Origin: Patescibacteria group bacterium
Lineage (GTDB): Bacteria > Patescibacteriota > Patescibacteriia > PEXW01
Direction of reading: 5' to 3'
DNA length: 64,000 nucleotides
Assembly: GCA_041671325.1 (NCBI GenBank)
Contig: JBAZBR010000001.1
Span: forward strand, 221,332 to 285,331
Part shown: piece after piece, positions 28,553 through 36,374 of the stretch
Layout: each line of letters opens with the position of its first letter
Numbering within the stretch: position 1 is the first letter of the stretch
Notes under the pieces: generated by a model
Databases searched by the model: none
What the model was told of the DNA's origin: nothing
The model's input: the letters and a program-made list of their open reading frames with translations, nothing else
Position numbers and translations under genes: made by a program

Positions 28553-29548
28553 ATGCTTGCCCCGAACCAATTGCTGGATTCAAATTCCAGCACAAACCCT
28601 AAACATATACCTGTTCTTTTAGAAGAAGTAATTGAGCTTAGCCAACCCAAAAACGGTGAAAATGTCATTGATTGCACATTAGGCTTAGGCGGTTATGCCG
28701 AGAAGTTTTTGGAAGCCATAAAACCTAACGGCAGGCTGTTGGGCTTGGATAGGGATGGCAAAGCCATAGGATTGGTAAAAACTAAATTTGAAAAATTCAA
28801 CGACAGGTTGATATTAAGGCAAGGTAATTTTGGTAACTTGAAAAATTTAATCAAAGATTTCCCCCAACCGGAAATTATTGTTGCTGACCTGGGCTTATCC
28901 AGCTTTGAACTGGATGACAAGAATAGGGGATTTGCTTTTCAAAAGCTTGGCCCGTTAGACATGCGAATGGACCAGACTTCTGGAAAGACGGCAGCTGATC
29001 TTTTAAATACGCTTCCAACCAAGGAGCTGGAAAAAATCTTGAGAGAATACGGCGAAGAGCCTAAAGCCGAATTGATTGCCAGGGGTATTTGCGAAAAAAG
29101 GAAAGTCAAACCGTTTGTAACTACTAAAGACTTAACTGAACTGATTGACGAAGTTTACAGAAAGCTATTGCATGCTCCGCCAAATCGGAAGTTGTGGTTT
29201 AAGCGGCAGTTGCATCCAGCCACCCAAACCTTTCAAGCCTTAAGAATTGCTGTCAATGATGAAATATCAGAATTGGAAAAATTCTTGCCCCAAGCTTTTG
29301 AAATTTTAAGACCAAAGGGCAGGCTGGCAGTGGTTTCGTTCCATTCCTTGGAAGACCGGCTGGTCAAAAGATTTTTCCAGGAGAAAGCCAAAAAATGCTC
29401 CTGTCCGCCAGAACAATTGCAATGCACTTGTGACCGAATTCCAGAAGGTTTACTCATTAGCAAAAAGCCAATCCAGCCAAGTTTACAAGAAATTAATTTC
29501 AATCCCAGAGCCCGCAGCGCGAAATTGCGGGCCATAAAAAAGAATTAA
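28553..29548 (+). CDS. rsmH: 16S rRNA (cytosine1402-N4)-methyltransferase RsmH
   Basis: HIPVLLEEVIE...DCTLGLGGYA...LGLDRD and C-terminal SFHSLEDR.VK motifs. Confidence 0.9.
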   Translation: MLAPNQLLDSNSSTNPKHIPVLLEEVIELSQPKNGENVIDCTLGLGGYAEKFLEAIKPNGRLLGLDRDGKAIGLVKTKFEKFNDRLILRQGNFGNLKNLIKDFPQPEIIVADLGLSSFELDDKNRGFAFQKLGPLDMRMDQTSGKTAADLLNTLPTKELEKILREYGEEPKAELIARGICEKRKVKPFVTTKDLTELIDEVYRKLLHAPPNRKLWFKRQLHPATQTFQALRIAVNDEISELEKFLPQAFEILRPKGRLAVVSFHSLEDRLVKRFFQEKAKKCSCPPEQLQCTCDRIPEGLLISKKPIQPSLQEINFNPRARSAKLRAIKKN

Positions 29549-29908
29549 ATGTCCAAGTTCACCCAATTTTTTAGAAGCCATTTAAGAAAGACCCGTACGG
29601 AGGAATCCATAAAATGCCAAAGCCTTTGGCATGCTCAAAACCTGCCGATTGTTTTGGGTGTGCTAATTGCCGTTTTAGCGGTTGGTTATTTAATTCAAAT
29701 CAACCGAAGCTCGACAAAAAGTTTTATGGTTCATGCCCTAACCCAAAAGCAGCAAGCCTTGATTGAACAAAGGAGAAATTTGGAGTTGCAGCAAGCCGAG
29801 CTCTCGGCTTTAACTAATTTGGAAAATTCCCCAATCATTTCCGAAATGGTAGCCAGTCGGAATCCAGAATACCTGTTGCCACCTGCAGCTGATGTGGCCA
29901 GAAAATAA
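29549..29908 (+). CDS. ftsL: FtsL-like cell division protein
   Basis: Small bitopic protein with a TM helix and coiled-coil, positioned between rsmH and ftsI. Confidence 0.5.
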   Translation: MSKFTQFFRSHLRKTRTEESIKCQSLWHAQNLPIVLGVLIAVLAVGYLIQINRSSTKSFMVHALTQKQQALIEQRRNLELQQAELSALTNLENSPIISEMVASRNPEYLLPPAADVARK

Positions 29909-29920
29909 CCTAAACTTGCC

Positions 29921-31669
29921 ATGGTGAAAAGGCTCCGGCCAAGGACCTCACCAAACAATCGCGATCGCCTCTGGGTTATACAGGTGGTCGTGGTTGCGTT
30001 TACCGCCATAATTGGCCTGCGATTATTTACTTTGCAGGTTATCAGGCACAGCGCTTATGCGGCGATTGCGGAAAATGAGAGTAATTTAGCGGCTAAATTA
30101 ATACCAAACCGGGGCGATATATTCGTTAAAGACCGGGCAAACCCAGAAGAGCTTTTCCCTTTGGCCACCAGCCGGAACGAACCCTTGGTTTACGCCATCC
30201 CGAATTCGATAATAGAAAAAGAAGCTACCGCCGCTGTTCTGGCGCCAATTTTGAGCATGGATAAAGAAGAAATTTTATACAAGGTTTCCAAACCAAAGGA
30301 CATTTACGAAGTCCTAAAAAGAAGACTGACTGTACCTGAAGTTGCGGCTATTGAAGAATTGAGACTAAAAGGCATTAAATTTGAAGATGAGAGATGGCGC
30401 TATTATCCGGAAAATTATTTCGCTAGCCACGTCGTGGGTTTTGTGGGCTATAAGGGTGATGAAAGAAAAGGATTGTATGGGGTGGAAGCGGCCATGGATT
30501 TAGTCTTAGCTGGCAAGGAAGGCAAGCTTCAAGATCAATCCGCAGCCAGGGAGTTTTTACCGGTAGCAGGAGGATTTTTTAAAGAAGCAGTGAATGGCGC
30601 AAATATTACTTTAACCTTGGATCATACTGTCCAATACCAGGCTTGTTCAAAATTAAAAACTGCAGTTGCCAAGCATGGGGCTGATGGCGGTGCCTTGGCA
30701 ATCATGGAAGTGGCGACTGGCCGGATGCTGGCAATTTGCGGCCAGCCGGATTATGACCCGAATAATTATTCAAAGACTGAAAACCCTTCGGCTTTTAATA
30801 ATCCAGTAGTTTTTGGCGCTTATGAACCAGGGTCGGTTTTCAAGGCCATAACCATGGCTGCGGCTTTGGATTTGGGCAAGGTTACGCCGCAAAGCACTTA
30901 TGTAGACACTGGCGCAGTTAAAATTGGGTCGTTCACCATCCGCAACTCTGATGAAAAAGCTTATGGCACGCAAACCATGACCCAGGTTTTGGAAAAATCT
31001 TTGAACACTGGGGCTATCCATGCCGCAGAACTAGTCGGGCTCCAGCCCCTTGCCAAGTATGTAAAAAACTTTGGCTTTGGCGAAAAAACTAATATTGAAA
31101 TGAGCGGTGAGATTGGGGGAAACTTGGCCGCCTTAACTAAGAAGGGGGATATCTTTTTAGCCACTTCTTCTTTTGGCCAGGGGATTACCGTGACGCCACT
31201 TCAATTATTGGCGGCTTTTGGGGCAATTGCCAATGGCGGAAAATTAATGAAGCCTTTTGTGGTGTCAGAAATCCGTTACCCAGACGGTCGGACTGAAAAA
31301 ACTGAATCCCAAGTCGTTCGCCAGGTCATTCGCGCTGACACTGCTTCAACCCTTTCGGCCATGCTGGTAAACGTGGTTGAGCATGGGCATGGCAAGAAAG
31401 CCGGGGTACCGGGTTATTATATTGCCGGCAAAACTGGCACTGCCCAAGTCAGGGCAACCACTGGGAGTGGTTATGATCCTCACAAAACCAACGGGACTTT
31501 TGCAGGCTTTGCGCCAGTGGAAAATCCGCGCTTTGCCATGGTCGCGGTTATTAATGTGCCAAAAGACGTACAGTTTGCCGAAAGTTCAGCCGCCCCCCTA
31601 TTTGGGGAAATTATGGATTTTTTGCTTAAGTATTATGACATTCAACCCAATAGGGAAGTTTCTCAATGA
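29921..31669 (+). CDS. ftsI: Penicillin-binding protein (FtsI/PBP2-type transpeptidase)
   Basis: N-terminal TM, dimerization domain, and transpeptidase motifs SVFK, SLN(T) and KTGTA. Confidence 0.85.
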   Translation: MVKRLRPRTSPNNRDRLWVIQVVVVAFTAIIGLRLFTLQVIRHSAYAAIAENESNLAAKLIPNRGDIFVKDRANPEELFPLATSRNEPLVYAIPNSIIEKEATAAVLAPILSMDKEEILYKVSKPKDIYEVLKRRLTVPEVAAIEELRLKGIKFEDERWRYYPENYFASHVVGFVGYKGDERKGLYGVEAAMDLVLAGKEGKLQDQSAAREFLPVAGGFFKEAVNGANITLTLDHTVQYQACSKLKTAVAKHGADGGALAIMEVATGRMLAICGQPDYDPNNYSKTENPSAFNNPVVFGAYEPGSVFKAITMAAALDLGKVTPQSTYVDTGAVKIGSFTIRNSDEKAYGTQTMTQVLEKSLNTGAIHAAELVGLQPLAKYVKNFGFGEKTNIEMSGEIGGNLAALTKKGDIFLATSSFGQGITVTPLQLLAAFGAIANGGKLMKPFVVSEIRYPDGRTEKTESQVVRQVIRADTASTLSAMLVNVVEHGHGKKAGVPGYYIAGKTGTAQVRATTGSGYDPHKTNGTFAGFAPVENPRFAMVAVINVPKDVQFAESSAAPLFGEIMDFLLKYYDIQPNREVSQ

Positions 31670-31701
31670 CAAATTTAATCTTTCCATGTTAGGGTAAGTT
31701 T

Positions 31702-32988
31702 ATGAAGAAAATGATCTTAAAAATATTGGAATGGAAGCTGACTTTTTTAGCCAAGAGGGTATTGGCTAAATATCAGCCGAAAATTGTGGCAGTGGCTGGT
31801 TCAGTTGGCAAGACTTCAACAGTCAAAGCCATTGCTTTAGCCCTGGCTAAGGATTTTAAAGTTGGCCAGACATTGCGAAGTTACAACCACGAATTAGGTT
31901 TACCTTTATCCATTTTGAGATTGGAAACCGGCTATCGGTCACTTTGGCGCTGGATAAAAATATTTTATTTAGGTAGTAAATTGGCGTTTGGGAGAAAGTC
32001 AGAACATTATCCAAATTTATTGGTATTAGAAATTGGGGCAGAAAAAGTTGGGGATTTGGATAAATTTTTAAAGTGGGTTCATCCCGAAATCGGCGTGCTT
32101 ACCGCCGTCACCACCGAACATGTTGAATTTTTTGGCACGGTGAATGCGGCGATTAATGAAGAATTTAAAATTATTAAAAATTTACCCAAGACCGCTACTG
32201 CCGTAATTAATGATGATGACTCGAATATTGTAGGGATGGCAAAAGACATTAAAAACCCTATTATCCGTTTTAGCCAGACCCACCAGGTTGAAGTCACCGT
32301 GACCAATGCCGCAATCCTGGGAGAAAGCATTACTGATGTCCAGGGGGTGAGTGCAAAAATTTCCGTGGCAGGCAGCAGCATTCCAGTAGTAATTAAGGAT
32401 ACTCTGGGTAGCCATTCATTATATGCCGTAGCTGCGGCTTTTGCCGCTGCCCAGGCTTTAAAAGTAAACCTATCAAATGTTTCTGAACAAATGCGGAATT
32501 ACCAGCCCCCAGCTGGCCGGATGCATTTAATCAAAGGGATAAAGAATACTTTGATTATTGATGACACTTATAATTCTTCACCTGCAGCCGCAAAAGCCGC
32601 CATTGAAACCTTGCAGGAATTAAAAACCTCAAGTAAAAAATATGCAATCCTGGGTGACATGTTAGAACTTGGTTCAGTCAGCGAAGAAGAACATAAAAAG
32701 TTGGGGGAGTTTGTAGCTGGCAAGACTGATTATTTAATTACGGTTGGCGAACAGGCTAAGCATATCGCCCAAGCCGCAGAAAAAGCTGAGATGAATGAGG
32801 ATAAGATTTTAAGTTTTGATAAACCTGAAGGCGTGGGAAACTTTTTGCAGGACCGTTTGCATCCTGGAGATTTGATATTAATAAAAGCCTCCCAAGGTAC
32901 GCGCTGTGAAAAAATCGTTAAGGAAATTATGGCTGAGCCAGAAAAGGCCAAGGAATTATTAACTCGGCAATATTGGCCCTGGATTTAA
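31702..32988 (+). CDS. murF: UDP-N-acetylmuramoyl-tripeptide--D-alanyl-D-alanine ligase
   Basis: VAGSVGKTSTVK P-loop, DDTYNSSP and GDMLELG motifs of the Mur ligase family. Confidence 0.8.
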   Translation: MKKMILKILEWKLTFLAKRVLAKYQPKIVAVAGSVGKTSTVKAIALALAKDFKVGQTLRSYNHELGLPLSILRLETGYRSLWRWIKIFYLGSKLAFGRKSEHYPNLLVLEIGAEKVGDLDKFLKWVHPEIGVLTAVTTEHVEFFGTVNAAINEEFKIIKNLPKTATAVINDDDSNIVGMAKDIKNPIIRFSQTHQVEVTVTNAAILGESITDVQGVSAKISVAGSSIPVVIKDTLGSHSLYAVAAAFAAAQALKVNLSNVSEQMRNYQPPAGRMHLIKGIKNTLIIDDTYNSSPAAAKAAIETLQELKTSSKKYAILGDMLELGSVSEEEHKKLGEFVAGKTDYLITVGEQAKHIAQAAEKAEMNEDKILSFDKPEGVGNFLQDRLHPGDLILIKASQGTRCEKIVKEIMAEPEKAKELLTRQYWPWI

Positions 32989-33113
32989 GAACTAATTTGG
33001 GATTATGGTTTTCACCCTGTTTTTTGCTATACAAATTATTTTAACTTGACAAAGCCCGTATAAGGAGTAAATTTGTTTGAACAAAAAGAATAAAGAAAAG
33101 GAGTTCTTATAAA

Positions 33114-33332
33114 ATGTCCTTGGAACACTTGATGGAAAATCTTGGTTCAAGCGATCTGCATACGGTTATCAGGTTGCATGACCAAGACGCACGTTGCCAA
33201 TGTCAAAGTGAAAACAAGCAAGTTTTCGCATGCACCATATGCTCAGTGGTTTTTTGCAATCATTGTCCTAACGTGAAAATTTCCCAGACTACTATCACAT
33301 GTCCGGATGGGCATAAGATGTTGCTTAAGTAG
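33114..33332 (+). CDS. Small Cys-rich (zinc-binding?) hypothetical protein
   Basis: 72 aa with CQCQ...CTIC...CNHC...CPDGH, followed by the terminator CCGAG...CTCGG+T5 at 33347-33373. Confidence 0.4.
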   Translation: MSLEHLMENLGSSDLHTVIRLHDQDARCQCQSENKQVFACTICSVVFCNHCPNVKISQTTITCPDGHKMLLK

Positions 33333-33405
33333 GTTGTTTGAAAAAAGGCCGAGGTTAACGCTCGGTCTTTTTCTTTTGGGGTTTTTAGCCTTATAATGAC
33401 CATAT

Positions 33406-35109
33406 ATGTGGAAAAAAATAATAATAATCTCAAGTTTCTTATTCATCTTCCCTTTAGTAGCCCATCAGCAAGTTACATCAGAGCAAGTGGATGTATTTAA
33501 GGCCAAGATCGAAATTCAGTCCGACACCACCGTTAAGGTCCAGGAAACCATCCTTTATAATTTTGGGAGTTCAGAAAGGCATGGCATATACCGCAATATC
33601 CCTTATGTTTACAACCGCAAAGGCGCTAAATATACGCTTAGGGTAATGATCCAGAGCGTCAAAGACGAAAACGGCCGGGATTACAAATTTACCCAAAGCC
33701 GGAGCGGGGGCATGTTTGAAATCAAAATCGGTGACAGCAAAACTTATGTGAGCGGCGAAAAAACTTATGTCATCGAGTATACAGTAAACCGTGCGATAAA
33801 TTATTTCGAGCAACAAGATGAATTCTATTGGAATGTGACTGGCAATGGTTGGGAAGTGCCAATTCAGTCTGCTAGCGCTGAAGTGACATTACCAAATAAT
33901 GCGGCGCCTAAGGAAATAATTTGTTATACAGGGCAGACAGGTTCGACTTTAACCAATTGCACCAAGAACATTAAAGCCGATAAGTCTGCGGAATTCATTG
34001 CTCAGTCCCTTTTGGCTTTCCAGGGTTTGACCATTGATGTGGCAATCAAGAAAGGGGTTTTGGCAAAACCCACGGGTTTTGAAAGCGCAAAATTTTTTTT
34101 AATTGACAACTGGTATTTTGTCATCCCGATTTTGGTTTGGCTGTGCCTGCATTGGCTTTGGCTGAAAAAAGGCAAGGATCCCAAAGGCCGGGGAACAATC
34201 GTGCCGCAATATGAACCGCCCTTGAATTTAATGCCTGGGGAATTAGGGACTTTGTGGGATGAAAAAGCAGATAGTAAAGAAGTCTCGGCAACCATTATTA
34301 ACCTGGCAGTCAAGGGATATTTGAAAATAAAAGATTTGGGCAATAAGAATTATGAATTTATCAGACTGAAGGAAGATACGAACCAGTCAAACCCAATCGA
34401 AAAGCAAGTTATGGATGCCTTGTTCAAGGAAGCGGGTAGTGCAAAAAGCGTGGAATTAAAATCTTTAAAAAACAAATTTTATTTAGACTTGACGCTTATT
34501 ACCAAGGCTTTGTATGAAAGCATGGCCAGCGAAGGATTTTTTAGTGCCAATCCCCAGACCGTGAAAGGTAAATACATCGGCATCGGTTTTGGCGTCTGCA
34601 TGTTTGGCTTTATGATTGTTCAAATCCAAAGCAGTTTTTTTGTAGTTTCTGCGTTTTTGGCTTTTATTTTGAGCGGGATTTTATTTATCATTTATGGAAG
34701 CTTCATGCCGCAAAAAACCATTAAGGGCGCAGAGACACAAGAAGAGATTAAGGGCTTCAGATGGTTTTTGTCCGTAACCGAAACCGAACGATTAAAATTC
34801 CATAATGCACCGGCCAAAAAGCCAGAACAATTTGAAAAGTTCTTGCCTTACGCCATGGTTTTGGAGGTAGAAAAAGAATGGGCTAAACAATTTGAAGGCA
34901 TGATGCTTTCGCAACCCGGTTGGTATGAAGGCCAACCAGGTGCGGTCTTCAATGCTGTTTATTTCGGTTCAATAATGTCAGGCATGAACCATGATATGAA
35001 TTCATCGCTTGCTTCCAGGCCATCTAGTGCTGGCAGCGGTACCTCTGGTTTTGGCGGCGGCGGATTTTCTGGCGGCGGTTTTGGAGGGGGTGGGGGCGGG
35101 TCTTGGTAA
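33406..35109 (+). CDS. DUF2207-family membrane protein with a Gly-rich C-terminal tail
   Basis: N-terminal signal/TM, large extracytoplasmic domain, TM helices, and a C-terminal ...GSGTSGFGGGGFSGGGFGGGGGGSW tail typical of this family. Confidence 0.65.
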   Translation: MWKKIIIISSFLFIFPLVAHQQVTSEQVDVFKAKIEIQSDTTVKVQETILYNFGSSERHGIYRNIPYVYNRKGAKYTLRVMIQSVKDENGRDYKFTQSRSGGMFEIKIGDSKTYVSGEKTYVIEYTVNRAINYFEQQDEFYWNVTGNGWEVPIQSASAEVTLPNNAAPKEIICYTGQTGSTLTNCTKNIKADKSAEFIAQSLLAFQGLTIDVAIKKGVLAKPTGFESAKFFLIDNWYFVIPILVWLCLHWLWLKKGKDPKGRGTIVPQYEPPLNLMPGELGTLWDEKADSKEVSATIINLAVKGYLKIKDLGNKNYEFIRLKEDTNQSNPIEKQVMDALFKEAGSAKSVELKSLKNKFYLDLTLITKALYESMASEGFFSANPQTVKGKYIGIGFGVCMFGFMIVQIQSSFFVVSAFLAFILSGILFIIYGSFMPQKTIKGAETQEEIKGFRWFLSVTETERLKFHNAPAKKPEQFEKFLPYAMVLEVEKEWAKQFEGMMLSQPGWYEGQPGAVFNAVYFGSIMSGMNHDMNSSLASRPSSAGSGTSGFGGGGFSGGGFGGGGGGSW

Positions 35110-35316
35110 AGTCAGGGTGGGAAACCTACGGTTTCCCCGTCTCCCGCACCTTTTAATCAAAAATTAAGAACGGAATCCCGCCGAACGGCGGGACGGTGCT
35201 ACCCCTTTCCCTTGTGGAGTCGCTGTCTCAGTCGTCGCACAAAACAAGTTTGATGCTCCTTCTTCGTTGCGACGGTTTTCCGACAGTCATCGGTCCGCAA
35301 AAGGAGATCTACCACT

Positions 35317-36084
35317 ATGAACAACCATTCAACCAATGAGAACGCAGTAACCTATCGGGCTTTGGCGCATTTTTACGACACGATGATGGGGGGGAATAAA
35401 TATCCGGGATGGAAAAACCTCATCGCTTCGGTTGTGAAACAGTATCATGTCGCAACTGGAACGTGTCTTGATGTGGCCTGCGGAACAGGAAACATTTCAA
35501 AACTCGCTCTTGAGCTTGGTTTTCGGGTTGTCGGCGTCGACATGTCGAAGGAAATGGTTTCTGTCGCTCAAACGAAATTTCCCAACGAAACGTTTATCGC
35601 TTCGGACATTCGGGATTTTACGTTAGGTCAAGAAGCCACATCCGGCATTACGCTCGCAGTATCGTTTTACGATTCCCTGAACTATCTTCTTTCGGATGAG
35701 GACATGCTCAAGGCGCTTGAGGCGGTTTATCGAAATGTTGCTTCTGGGACAATCTTTCTTTTCGACATGAATACGCTCGATCATGTTCAGGCTGCCCAGA
35801 AGTATGCGCCTCGAGTGCAGGTTGAACCCGACTTCTATTCTGTTTATCGCTTTAGCGGTGAAGGAAGATTCTGGGTTCTTGATATGGATATCTTCGTCAA
35901 AGAAGGTGCCATGTATCGTCTAGCGCAAGAGCGCCACGTAGAACGATCCTATGATCGGGACGATATCGTTCCGCTTGTCAAAAAAGCAGGATTCGAACTT
36001 TTGGAAGTAAAAGAGGAATACAAAGTCTATCCAGACGGTGTAAACCGTTTGAGTAGACTGTATTTCATTGTTCGTAAACCCTAA
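35317..36084 (+). CDS. Class I SAM-dependent methyltransferase; GC-rich inserted gene
   Basis: CLDVACGTGNIS (motif I) and VVGVDMS (motif II). GC content is markedly above the flanks. Confidence 0.7.
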   Translation: MNNHSTNENAVTYRALAHFYDTMMGGNKYPGWKNLIASVVKQYHVATGTCLDVACGTGNISKLALELGFRVVGVDMSKEMVSVAQTKFPNETFIASDIRDFTLGQEATSGITLAVSFYDSLNYLLSDEDMLKALEAVYRNVASGTIFLFDMNTLDHVQAAQKYAPRVQVEPDFYSVYRFSGEGRFWVLDMDIFVKEGAMYRLAQERHVERSYDRDDIVPLVKKAGFELLEVKEEYKVYPDGVNRLSRLYFIVRKP

Positions 36085-36211
36085 CCCCCTACTTTCGAAG
36101 GAGGGGATATTTTCGTAATTCAATTACCAAAGGGGAGAATAAAAAGTGGGGGTTCTTGTCATTGCGAGGAACGAGTTTCCGAGTAACGCGGCAATCTAAT
36201 GAATTTTTCTC

Positions 36212-36242
36212 ATCCCGAATTAATTTCGGGATCTTTTTTTTA
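36212..36242 (+). terminator. Rho-independent terminator (ATCCCGAA-ttaat-TTCGGGAT + T9)
   Basis: Perfect 8-bp stem and long T tract, read directly. Confidence 0.6.
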
Positions 36243-36374
36243 ATATGTATCTTTGTGACCCAGACGTACGTCGACGGTAATCGCCAGCATTTGACAGTTT
36301 TAAGTTTGACTTTATGCTTGACAAGAGCATACTTTAAGCGTAATCTAAGCCGTTACAATTAATTTTTTATAAAT

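Noticed and set aside
36156-36362. 68-aa ORF between the methyltransferase island and the protease gene
   Set aside because: It spans a strong terminator and a promoter-like region. The translation is implausible. The segment is better interpreted as regulatory or noncoding.
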